Source: Candidatus Lokiarchaeum ossiferum (lineage in GTDB: Archaea; Asgardarchaeota; Lokiarchaeia; Sigyniarchaeales; Promethearchaeaceae). Taken from it: DNA of 32,000 bases. The stretch is taken from positions 1,140,001 through 1,172,000 of the forward strand of contig CP104013.1 in the NCBI GenBank assembly GCA_025839675.1, in the 5' to 3' direction. Of this stretch, positions 9,396 to 17,578 are shown in pieces (position 1 is the first letter of the stretch; every line of letters begins with the position of its first letter). The notes beneath the pieces were generated by a model that was not told the DNA's origin, searched no databases, and worked only from the letters and a program-made list of their open reading frames with translations. The translations under genes were made by a program, and so were the position numbers.

Positions 9396-10187
9396 ATGAA
9401 TCTACTATTGCAAGGAAAAAACATACTTATTACGGGTGGGAGCAAGGGGCTTGGTTTTGCTTGTGCAAAACTAATTGCAGAGGAAGGAGCTAATATAATA
9501 TTAGCTTCCCGATCTCTCAAAAACTTAGAATCTGCAGCAAAAGAAATTGAAAAAGATATCGGAATCAAACCGACTATTATTCAAGCGGATTTAGCACAAC
9601 TTGAATCGATTCAAAACTTGCATGCCGTAATTATGTCGAAATTTGAGAAAATTGATGGAATAATCCTAAACGCAGGAGGACCACCTCCAGGTATGTTATT
9701 AGACCATGATGACGAAGTTTGGCAATCTGCTATAAATACAAACCTTTTATCTGTTATCAGAATCTGCAAATTATTTGTTCCATCAATGCAAGGCCAAAAT
9801 TATGGAAGAATTGTTGCGATTACATCCGTTTCTGCAAAACAACCTCTTGATCGGTTGGGATTATCTAATACAACTCGAATTGGAGTCATAGGATACCTAA
9901 AAACACTTTCCAACGAAATTAGTAAAAATAATGTGCTAATTAACACATTATTGCCCGGTCCCACTCGAACTGAACGACTAATAAAATTGAATGAAAATAA
10001 GGCTCGTTTAACGGGACGAAGCATTCATGAGGTAGAACAAGATTGGATTCAGAATATCCCAATTGGGAGATTGGGTGAGCCCGAAGAATTTGCTCCCTTA
10101 GCAGCATACTTAATTTCTGGTCGAAATACCTATATCACTGGTCAAGAGATCGCTATCGATGGTGGTTTTGTAAAATCCGCTTTGTGA
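9396..10187 (+). CDS. Short-chain dehydrogenase/reductase (SDR) family protein, atypical active site
   Basis: 263-aa ORF with the Rossmann motif TGGSKGLG (aa 13-20) and NAGG. The ATG lies 1 nt after the AOR stop. At the position of the canonical YxxxK, the sequence reads SNTTR. Confidence 0.85.
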   Translation: MNLLLQGKNILITGGSKGLGFACAKLIAEEGANIILASRSLKNLESAAKEIEKDIGIKPTIIQADLAQLESIQNLHAVIMSKFEKIDGIILNAGGPPPGMLLDHDDEVWQSAINTNLLSVIRICKLFVPSMQGQNYGRIVAITSVSAKQPLDRLGLSNTTRIGVIGYLKTLSNEISKNNVLINTLLPGPTRTERLIKLNENKARLTGRSIHEVEQDWIQNIPIGRLGEPEEFAPLAAYLISGRNTYITGQEIAIDGGFVKSAL

Positions 10188-10205
10188 TGAAATCTATTTT
10201 CCCAT

Positions 10206-10859
10206 ATGGTTCATAAAGGAACAATAGGATCTTTTTTTTTACTTCGGTTTTCTTCTAATATAATAGGATATCTTATCCAAAGACTTAAAATGAACGAAAT
10301 TTATCTCCCTCTAAAAAAATCCGACAGAAAATCTGACGATTCTCAAGAAATTGGTTATTCGTTGATTGCGACTGGTATATTTATTTTCTTGGTAAGTTGG
10401 AAATGGTTTAAATTGTTGATTTTAGGACTTATTATCTTTGGAATAATTAAAACAATTCAAAAATTGATTATAAGCAAGAATTATCGTAAAAATTGTCCTC
10501 AGAATGAACAAAAATCTTATGTCACTGAAGTTTTCATTGAAAGATTCAAATCTCAACAAACTGCTAAAAAGGATAAAATGGGTGATCCAGTATCGAACAA
10601 TAATTTGGATAATTTTGAGATTCAAAAATCCCCATCTTCGAGTATTGAAGTGATTACATGTAATCATTGTGGTATCACACTAATTTCAGAATTAAATTCC
10701 CAATATATGCAACATGGATATATCTATTGTTATAGTTGTGGGATGAAGATTCAGAGCTGCCAATCTTGTGGACTTAACCTTGAATTTGATATGAAATGGA
10801 TTTTAATTTCCACCCAATTTGTATACTGTTGTTATTGTGGGTCCAAAAATCAGTTGTAA
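10206..10859 (+). CDS. Membrane protein with C-terminal tandem zinc-ribbon-like CxxC pairs, function unknown
   Basis: 217-aa ORF with two hydrophobic helices (aa about 50-85). Four CxxC pairs occur in the C-terminal 60 aa (CNHCG, CYSCG, CQSCG, CCYCG). The true start may be the internal Met at 10290. Confidence 0.5.
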   Translation: MVHKGTIGSFFLLRFSSNIIGYLIQRLKMNEIYLPLKKSDRKSDDSQEIGYSLIATGIFIFLVSWKWFKLLILGLIIFGIIKTIQKLIISKNYRKNCPQNEQKSYVTEVFIERFKSQQTAKKDKMGDPVSNNNLDNFEIQKSPSSSIEVITCNHCGITLISELNSQYMQHGYIYCYSCGMKIQSCQSCGLNLEFDMKWILISTQFVYCCYCGSKNQL

Positions 10860-10862
10860 CCA

Positions 10863-10878
10863 TTTTTTTTCTATTTTT
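10863..10878 (+). terminator. Oligo-T tracts (T8, T5) right after the zinc-ribbon gene in a convergent intergenic region
   Basis: T8 at 10863-10870 and T5 at 10874-10878, starting 4 nt after the stop at 10859. Confidence 0.4.
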
Positions 10879-11005
10879 CCAAATTTGTTCCATAAACCTT
10901 CCTTACTCGTTAAATTCTACTCTACAATTGGTAAGTATATTATAATTTTAAGAAATAAGAAGAGAAAGAGAAAAAATAGATCATTTGGAAAAAAGAAGGG
11001 AAAAA

Positions 11006-12736
11006 CTATTTTCTATTCTTCTGAATAATTAGAAGAATAGTTGTGTTTAACACACTCGCTATGAAAACGAAATTCAGGTCCCCTATACCAATAGAACCGC
11101 CTCTTGATGGAGAACCGACATTATACATATATAATATTTTTCCAATGATTTCATCTTCATGGGTGATCTGAACTTCAATTTCTCCAGTTGAACCAGTTGC
11201 AGCTTGAATATACCATTGTAATGTAACACTTGAATCTGGAGCCATATTAGAAAGTGTTTGAGAACCAGTACCATTTACCAATGAAATATAATCATTTTCA
11301 ACAAGATTAATATCAAGCTCAATGTCATTCGCTTCATTGTATTTGTTATCCAAAGTTAATTCCAACAGAATTGGTTGATTTGGCGTAATCCAGAGATATT
11401 TATAGGCTTCTTCTTGCTGAATTCCAATATTCTCTTCACTACCAGATAATAACGTTGAAACATCAAAATGTGTTCCGAAACTACCATTTCGAGATTCCAC
11501 ATATTCCATGGTAGTAGCCACCGTGGAATACGCATGTTTAATATGATATAGAATGGTTGGCTCATCTGTAAGAGGATTAATTGCAATTCGAGGAGACAAT
11601 ACAGAATAGGGTTGATTTGTCACCCGTTCATCCATCCAGTGTCCAGATTTATTAGTGGAGTACATAATATCCGTTGTATAATAGTGCGAAAATTCGGTTT
11701 GAGGATAACCAACGAATACAATATGAACATCTCCTTCAGAATCAACTGCTATGGAAGGATAACTTGTGGTAGCAGTCAAAGTATTTATAATGGCAGCATC
11801 TTCTTTGGAAGGGGTGTTATCAAGGCGCATATATTTGATATATGCTTGATGAACATCTTGCCCGTTTACAGAAGCCGCTTCAGTCTCAATGAATACAACA
11901 TGAAGGTTGTCATTTTCATCACAAATAATTGTTGGTCTTTCAGCATAGTCTTTAGTTGTTTGTACGGTAGTAAGTCTAATGAGATCCGAAAAGTAAGGTT
12001 CCTCAACATTAGGATTAAATGTTTGATAAAATATATCACGCACTGCTATCGATCCTATCGCCGTATTATTCCAAGATCCTTCAAAAACAATATGAACTAA
12101 CCCATTTGAATCAACTGCTATTGAGGGATTTTGTTCAAAACGGGTTATGGAATTATTTGTTTGATGTTGTTCATGGTGAGTGCTATTAATATAAGTAATT
12201 CCACCTTCATAACTACTAGATGATGATTCTAGCCAATAATAGACAAAATGTACTGCATTATCAGGGCCAATTGCCATCCGGGGTACAAAAGATTTCAATT
12301 GACCTCCACCCATACTTGTTTCAGTCCAAGAATTACCAGAATTATTGATATGAAAGGCACCACCACCATCTGCCCGATAGCTTACTTGACTATCACCTTC
12401 AAGATCAATTAAAATTTGAGGATTCATCGCTCCATAAGACGGATCAGCAATAGTTTCAGGCGAACTCCAACTTCCAGTTGCATTAGTAATAAATAACAAT
12501 TTATCAGAATATTCTTCGGGATCTAAATATACGACTTGCATCGTCCCATCAGGTAAAAAAGCGAATTCAGCATTTCTTCCAAGACCAATTTGAGAAACAT
12601 TAGGTGCAATCCACTTAATATCGGATATTTCAAGACTAGATGTACTCAAAGATGCTTGAACATTTGTAATTGTTCCAATCATCGAGAAAAAGACGCAAAA
12701 CACAAATAATCTACGTCTAAATGTTTGTTTGTTCAT
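11006..12736 (-). CDS. Secreted, C-terminally anchored repeat protein, probably a beta-propeller (BNR/sialidase-like fold), function unknown
   Basis: 576-aa ORF with a signal-like N-terminus (RRRLFVFCVFFSMIGTITNVQA) and a C-terminal TM plus basic tail (FVFIASVLNTTILLIIQKNRK). A strand motif recurs every 50-70 aa (VHFVYYW, VHIVFEG, LHVVFIE, VHIVFVG). About 10 N-x-S/T sequons. Confidence 0.7.
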   Translation of the reverse strand: MNKQTFRRRLFVFCVFFSMIGTITNVQASLSTSSLEISDIKWIAPNVSQIGLGRNAEFAFLPDGTMQVVYLDPEEYSDKLLFITNATGSWSSPETIADPSYGAMNPQILIDLEGDSQVSYRADGGGAFHINNSGNSWTETSMGGGQLKSFVPRMAIGPDNAVHFVYYWLESSSSSYEGGITYINSTHHEQHQTNNSITRFEQNPSIAVDSNGLVHIVFEGSWNNTAIGSIAVRDIFYQTFNPNVEEPYFSDLIRLTTVQTTKDYAERPTIICDENDNLHVVFIETEAASVNGQDVHQAYIKYMRLDNTPSKEDAAIINTLTATTSYPSIAVDSEGDVHIVFVGYPQTEFSHYYTTDIMYSTNKSGHWMDERVTNQPYSVLSPRIAINPLTDEPTILYHIKHAYSTVATTMEYVESRNGSFGTHFDVSTLLSGSEENIGIQQEEAYKYLWITPNQPILLELTLDNKYNEANDIELDINLVENDYISLVNGTGSQTLSNMAPDSSVTLQWYIQAATGSTGEIEVQITHEDEIIGKILYMYNVGSPSRGGSIGIGDLNFVFIASVLNTTILLIIQKNRK

Positions 12737-12896
12737 AAGTTATCCCGTTATTTGTAAAGATATGATATATTTAGAATTTCAACTTAAAAATTTCATGGAG
12801 TTTTTATACAGATTTGGTAAAAATTGGAAACCACAAGGTCATTGTTAAACGAAAAAGGAAAATCTAAATGATTTTCTAAACAACTTAAATTAATCA

Positions 12897-13916
12897 ATGA
12901 AAGATTACGCCATCATTTATAATCCCACTGCAGCCGCGGGAAAAAAAAAGAAACAATTTGACTATGTTATAAAAACCCTCGAAAATCTAAAAATCTCATT
13001 TAAACTATTAAAAACAGAATATTTTGCTCATGCAATCACCCTTGCAGAAGAATGTGCGAAAGATGGTTACCGAATTGTCGGATGGGGTGGCGATGGAACT
13101 TGTAATGAAGTTCTTAATGGAGCGATAAAATCAAAAACAAATGCACTTTTGGGATTTATTCCCATGGGAACGGGCATGGACATTCCCGGAGCGGTCGGAT
13201 ATCGTCCAGATAACCTTAAAAGAGCATGTGAAATTATTGCCAAAGCACATACTGGCAAATTGGATGTTGGAATCGCGACAAATGCGCAAAATGAAAAAAG
13301 ATATTTTTTAGGAATAGGTAGCCAAGGATTTGATGCAGAAGTAACAAAGCGCACAAATGAAGGTAATAAAAACCTTCCTGGTACGTGGAATTATATCGCA
13401 TCGGTTGTAAAAACAGTTTTCGGATTTAAAAAACACAAAATACGGATCATTCACGACAACGGAATCTATCAAAGCACATGCAATCTTGTTGCTGTCGGAA
13501 ATGGCCCCACTTACGGAGGTTGGATGTACATGTGCCCCAGAGCACGGTTGGATGATGGCCTATTCCACATTTCCATCATTGAAATGGGACGATTTGAATT
13601 ATTATATAATTTTAACACAATGTACTCACGTACGCTCCACCCCCACAAACATTTAACAGACTTAATCAGCAAAAAGATTCGTATTGAGATGGTAGAATTG
13701 AATGATGAACCATATATAGCTCAAGTTGATGGAGAAATCATTGGAAATTTGCCTATTGAATATAGTTTTCTTCCAGGACAATATGAATTTATCAAACCCG
13801 AACAAAATGAAGCAGAACAGTGGTTTCAGGAAAAACATGGAACAAAATTCGCAAAACATCTCTCCAAGCTCCAACGAGAAAAATCAGATTACTATACTAA
13901 TTCAAAATTTGATTGA
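12897..13916 (+). CDS. Diacylglycerol kinase catalytic-domain family lipid kinase (YegS/BmrU-like)
   Basis: 339-aa ORF with an N-terminal NP.AG nucleotide-binding start, the GGDGT motif (GWGGDGTCNEV), the G.GMD loop and the DGE motif near the C-terminal part (AQVDGE). Confidence 0.85.
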   Translation: MKDYAIIYNPTAAAGKKKKQFDYVIKTLENLKISFKLLKTEYFAHAITLAEECAKDGYRIVGWGGDGTCNEVLNGAIKSKTNALLGFIPMGTGMDIPGAVGYRPDNLKRACEIIAKAHTGKLDVGIATNAQNEKRYFLGIGSQGFDAEVTKRTNEGNKNLPGTWNYIASVVKTVFGFKKHKIRIIHDNGIYQSTCNLVAVGNGPTYGGWMYMCPRARLDDGLFHISIIEMGRFELLYNFNTMYSRTLHPHKHLTDLISKKIRIEMVELNDEPYIAQVDGEIIGNLPIEYSFLPGQYEFIKPEQNEAEQWFQEKHGTKFAKHLSKLQREKSDYYTNSKFD

Positions 13917-13950
13917 AAAATTCTCTTTTCTTTAGGAGATTCTGAATAAA

Positions 13951-14343
13951 ATGAAACAGATAAAACAAGCGGGACAATCCTATCCTTTAATCGAAAAGAA
14001 ATCAAAATTTATTGCTTCTATTGCTCCAGTTGCAACAGAAAGTGAAGCAAAAGCATTCATCAAAAAAATTTCTGAGCAACATTATAAAGCGAACCACAAT
14101 TGTTTCGCGTACCGAATTGGGATAGATAAAGAACTTCTAGTTAATGAAAGTGATGAAGGAGAACCCTCAGGAACTGCCGGACAACCGATGATGTACGTCT
14201 TGGAAAAACAAGAAATTACAAATACCGTCGTGGTTGTTACTCGCTATTTTGGCGGAATCAAGTTGGGAAAAGGGGGATTGGTGCGAAGTTATTCCAAAGC
14301 AGTTAGTCAAATCATCAAAGCCATTGGACTTATCACAATCTAA
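13951..14343 (+). CDS. IMPACT/YigZ (UPF0029) family protein, N-terminal domain only
   Basis: 130-aa ORF matching the family pattern: KSKFIASIAPV, KANHNCFAYR, DEGEPSGTAGQPM, VVVVTRYFGGIKLGKGGLVRSY. Confidence 0.8.
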   Translation: MKQIKQAGQSYPLIEKKSKFIASIAPVATESEAKAFIKKISEQHYKANHNCFAYRIGIDKELLVNESDEGEPSGTAGQPMMYVLEKQEITNTVVVVTRYFGGIKLGKGGLVRSYSKAVSQIIKAIGLITI

Positions 14344-14370
14344 GGACTATTTTTCTTAGAATAAGGAGAT

Positions 14371-14871
14371 CTACTTTTCTTCTATATAGGGCATCTTTAT
14401 AATTATTTTCTCGCAATGCGTTTGATTTATCAACCGACGGAAAGAATTTTGAGGTATTTGCAGCGTTTCAGTATTAATATTGGGATGGCAGCAAATTTCA
14501 GATGCATTCCAAATAGATTCATCCACAAAAAATATGGTTTTATGTTCATTATCATTGATTAACCCTAAAGGGGATACTGAGCCTGGTGTTAAACCCAAAA
14601 TGGACAAAAGATCTTCAGCTTCTGCAAAACGAATTTTTGGAGCCTGTACAATTTTACGGAATTGTTTTAAATCTAATCGTTTTTTGCTGGGAATAGTAAT
14701 TAAATAATAGCGCCCATTTTTCTTGTTTTTTAGGAAAAGATTCTTGCAATGAACCCCAGGAATGTGACCACAATGAATTTCTGCTTCAGGTACAGTAAAT
14801 ACGGCTTGATGCTTAAATAGAAGATACTTAATATTATTCAAATTTAACCATGTTTCAAGAGAAGGGTGCAT
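14371..14871 (-). CDS. YbaK/ProX-like aminoacyl-tRNA editing (deacylase) domain protein
   Basis: 166-aa ORF. Its pattern is typical of prolyl-tRNA-synthetase-associated editing domains: H.AVFTV.EA, CKNLFLKNKK...YYL, K.LDLK, LGLTPGSVSPLG. Confidence 0.7.
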   Translation of the reverse strand: MHPSLETWLNLNNIKYLLFKHQAVFTVPEAEIHCGHIPGVHCKNLFLKNKKNGRYYLITIPSKKRLDLKQFRKIVQAPKIRFAEAEDLLSILGLTPGSVSPLGLINDNEHKTIFFVDESIWNASEICCHPNINTETLQIPQNSFRRLINQTHCEKIIIKMPYIEEK

Positions 14872-15235
14872 TGTAGATCTACCTTTATATTCAACTGATT
14901 ACTTGGCAAATTATTAGTTAACTTGCTCGTTTGATCAATCTAAGATTTAAATTAATTTAAAGAGGGAATTATAATAAATGCTGGTTTTTTTTTAATTATA
15001 AGAAGATCAGTTTTATTAGTTTTCAAACATTATATTATATAGTACTAGGTACCGAACTTTTTGCAATTCAAAAATTCCTAAGTGATGTTTAGATTTGGAA
15101 TATTAAATCCTATTGAAACTTTGATTTCATTGTTAAATGAGTTGCACAAAAATACCGAGTTTAGATTGATAATATAAATAAGTCCTTCGTTAATTTGAAA
15201 TACATTCAAAGGGAATTCTATCAAAAGGTGAAATT

Positions 15236-15709
15236 ATGGAATATAAATATATACGCACAGAGAGCGGAGAAATCAAAAAAGTAGAAAAAAATAATAAATT
15301 GAGAATTAAACACGATAATTCTGCAGAGGAATATTCTTCTTTGAGAACCGATTTAAAGCAAAACCTTGTAGAAGTCAAGGAAGGGCTAGCTCAACTTTTA
15401 AGTCCAATTCAAAAAAGAGTTTTAAAAATAAATATTGAAAATATCGCCGGTACAATAAAATATTATTTTAGCTCTCAAGCAAATAGACCGAACGCATATC
15501 AAGATCGCTTAAACACCCAAAGTTTCACACAAATCCGTGAACTTGTTCGGAATATGCGAAATAAGACGGATGAAGTAGTCAATCGCGTTAAGAATCAATT
15601 AAAATATATAGAAGATACAATCGAAGAACAGCGAACCTACATCCTTGGAATAGAAGAACAAGGATCCGTGTTAAAGCGTAAAAATCAAAATTTTGAAAAT
15701 TCGTTTTAG
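15236..15709 (+). CDS. Hypothetical protein, charged, probably coiled-coil
   Basis: 157-aa ORF preceded by an AGGTGA SD-like sequence 5 nt upstream. K/E/N/Q-rich with no recognisable motif. Confidence 0.5.
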   Translation: MEYKYIRTESGEIKKVEKNNKLRIKHDNSAEEYSSLRTDLKQNLVEVKEGLAQLLSPIQKRVLKINIENIAGTIKYYFSSQANRPNAYQDRLNTQSFTQIRELVRNMRNKTDEVVNRVKNQLKYIEDTIEEQRTYILGIEEQGSVLKRKNQNFENSF

Positions 15710-15724
15710 TAAAACTTTTGGCGT

Positions 15725-15751
15725 AAAGAATTTAAAAGAAAAAAATTCTTT
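15725..15751 (+). promoter_or_regulatory. 9-bp perfect inverted repeat (AAAGAATTT / AAATTCTTT) enclosing a TTTAAAA TATA-like box 23 nt upstream of uppP
   Basis: The arms lie at 15725-15733 and 15743-15751. TTTAAAA sits at 15731-15737 and the ATG at 15760, spacing that fits a near-leaderless archaeal transcript. The repeat could equally be a hairpin ending the upstream gene. Confidence 0.3.
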
Positions 15752-15759
15752 ATCCCATT

Positions 15760-16560
15760 ATGAGTTTTTTTGAAAATTTGATATTGGGATTTGTTCAAGC
15801 TCTCCTTGAGTGGCTCCCTGTATCTTCTTCTGGAATTGTGTCCATTTTAGCATTAAATGCATTTGGAAAGACTGCCAGTGAAGCTTTCAGCTTAAGTATT
15901 TTTTTTCACTTAGGCACTGCCATATCGGTTTTAGTAAAATATTGGAAAACCTATTGGGATGCAATTTCGAAAGATCGTTCAATGTTAAGATTCTTAATCA
16001 TTTCTACCGCATTTACGGGTATAATTGGGATTCCTTTGTATTTATTATTGAGAAATTTTTTCGTTGAATTGACAGGATTAGCTTTAACACTTATTATAGG
16101 AATATTATTATTGGTAACGGCGACACTGTTGCGAACAGGAAAAATCAAAGCAACGAACAAATTCGCGATGGAAGAAAGAAAGATTTCCGATGAAATTTTC
16201 TTAGGTGCGTGTCAAGGTCTAGCAATATTACCTGGAATTAGCCGGTCAGGTACAACTGTTACATTTCTTTTACTGCGTGGTTTTAAAAAAGAAGATGCAT
16301 TCAAAATGAGTTTCATCATAAGCCTCCCTGCTATTCTTGGGGCAGTAGCATTTGAATTGCTTTTTCCTAATGAAGAAACTGCTTTTATCTTTGGTATTGA
16401 ATACATAGTCGTCTTGCTCTTTGTAGCAATAATTGGATTTTTGACCATGGAAGCACTTCTTAGATTTGCCAGAAAAATGCCTTTTGATATAATCTGTTAT
16501 GTTTTAGGTGGAATCACAATAATTTTGGTTATAATTTTCATGATTGTTGGTTCTTCTTAG
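15760..16560 (+). CDS. uppP: Undecaprenyl-diphosphate phosphatase (BacA/UppP family)
   Basis: 266-aa polytopic membrane ORF with both signature motifs: EWLPVSSSG near the N-terminus and PGISRSG in the second half. Confidence 0.9.
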   Translation: MSFFENLILGFVQALLEWLPVSSSGIVSILALNAFGKTASEAFSLSIFFHLGTAISVLVKYWKTYWDAISKDRSMLRFLIISTAFTGIIGIPLYLLLRNFFVELTGLALTLIIGILLLVTATLLRTGKIKATNKFAMEERKISDEIFLGACQGLAILPGISRSGTTVTFLLLRGFKKEDAFKMSFIISLPAILGAVAFELLFPNEETAFIFGIEYIVVLLFVAIIGFLTMEALLRFARKMPFDIICYVLGGITIILVIIFMIVGSS

Positions 16561-16744
16561 GATTTGTAAAAAAAGTCATAATATATCAATTTATTTTATT
16601 TTTTTAATACATTCTGTAATTGATTCTTTAGTTATAATTGCCTGTAACACATTTTTGAAATTATTTATAAATTATAATGTATTTTGGATCGATTCAATTA
16701 AAAAAATATCGATATATTTTAATTGATAAATTAGTTATAAAACT

Positions 16745-17023
16745 ATGAAAATGGCCTCACGAAGTGATAATTTAACTATTAAATTCGGAAGAGAAGAAGT
16801 CGATAGCATCGTACCCTACAATGTCGCCTTAGAACGATTGAAGCAGTTTGCGGCGAAATACACCCGAAATGAAGTTTATGAGACAATTCAAGCGAAAAAT
16901 TCCAAACGAACCCGCAAGGATTATCCATCAATTGAAGAAGCAGCTAATACGCTTTCAATTTTATCCAACAAAATCCATAACAATATCGAATATTTAGCTA
17001 AAATATTGCAAAGCAAAAAATAA
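16745..17023 (+). CDS. Hypothetical small protein (92 aa)
   Basis: ORF with an ATG start, hydrophilic and helical-looking, with no recognised motif. It is followed 7 nt later by a second small ORF that has its own GGAG RBS. Confidence 0.4.
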   Translation: MKMASRSDNLTIKFGREEVDSIVPYNVALERLKQFAAKYTRNEVYETIQAKNSKRTRKDYPSIEEAANTLSILSNKIHNNIEYLAKILQSKK

Positions 17024-17030
17024 AGGAGAA

Positions 17031-17195
17031 ATGAAAACAATGCCAATCGAAATAAATTTCAATAAATACTTACCCTCAGGAGCAACTTTTTATGCCTATT
17101 ATTCAATTTTAAAAGACTTTGACGTCCCCAATAAACCCATTGACCCAATAGGTTCAAAATCAACCACTTTACTTGACTTTGGAAATTATATTTAA
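17031..17195 (+). CDS. Hypothetical small protein (54 aa), below the ORF-track length cut-off
   Basis: Hand translation gives MKTMPIEINFNKYLPSGATFYAYYSILKDFDVPNKPIDPIGSKSTTLLDFGNYI, ending in TAA at 17193-17195. AAAGGAG lies at 17022-17028, just before the ATG. T7 tracts follow the stop. Confidence 0.3.
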   Translation: MKTMPIEINFNKYLPSGATFYAYYSILKDFDVPNKPIDPIGSKSTTLLDFGNYI

Positions 17196-17199
17196 TCCG

Positions 17200-17222
17200 T
17201 TTTTTTATTGTGTAATTTTTTT
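17200..17222 (+). terminator. Two T7 tracts after the small-ORF pair; candidate terminator
   Basis: T7 at 17200-17206 and T7 at 17216-17222, starting 5 nt after the stop at 17195. Confidence 0.4.
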
Positions 17223-17578
17223 CTGCTTTTAACACTAATTTGATGAACGATCTCTTTTTTCGAGAATTAATGAACCAATAAAAGTTCTGGAAATTGTTCC
17301 AAAATACTTATAGCAAGAATTTACTGTAAAAGCAATTCTTACAGTTACCGTATGCTAAACTCAATTGAAGCTTTAAAATAAACAGTTTGTTTTGCAAATT
17401 TGAAGTATTTCCTAAGATTTTTTTTTGATAAATGATGAAATTGATTATGGATTTAAGTTGTAGAATTCTTCTAATTAACTTCTGAAACCTATGCTAACTA
17501 ATAGGAGTTTATTTACTAGCAATACTTAAGATAATAGACAACATAGTAAAAAATGATTAGTAATAGGAAAGAAAGAAA

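Noticed and set aside
10819-11028. 69-aa ORF in the convergent intergenic region, with a K/R-rich tail.
   Set aside because: It overlaps the ends of both flanking genes. Its basic tail is simply the translation of the A-rich tract that probably serves as the minus-strand oligo-T terminator.
16544-16726. 60-aa ORF spanning the uppP stop and the following AT-rich spacer.
   Set aside because: It overlaps the uppP 3' end, has no RBS, and is an I/F/L/N-rich translation of promoter-like DNA. The region is better explained by the inverted repeat and promoter of the next gene.
17315-17345. Interleaved short inverted repeats (AAGAATT/AATTCTT and ACTGTAA/TTACAGT) with a pseudoknot-like arrangement in the spacer upstream of the helicase gene.
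   Set aside because: They are only 7-bp AT-rich arms that overlap each other. No GC-rich stems or flanking conservation are visible, so this is most likely chance.
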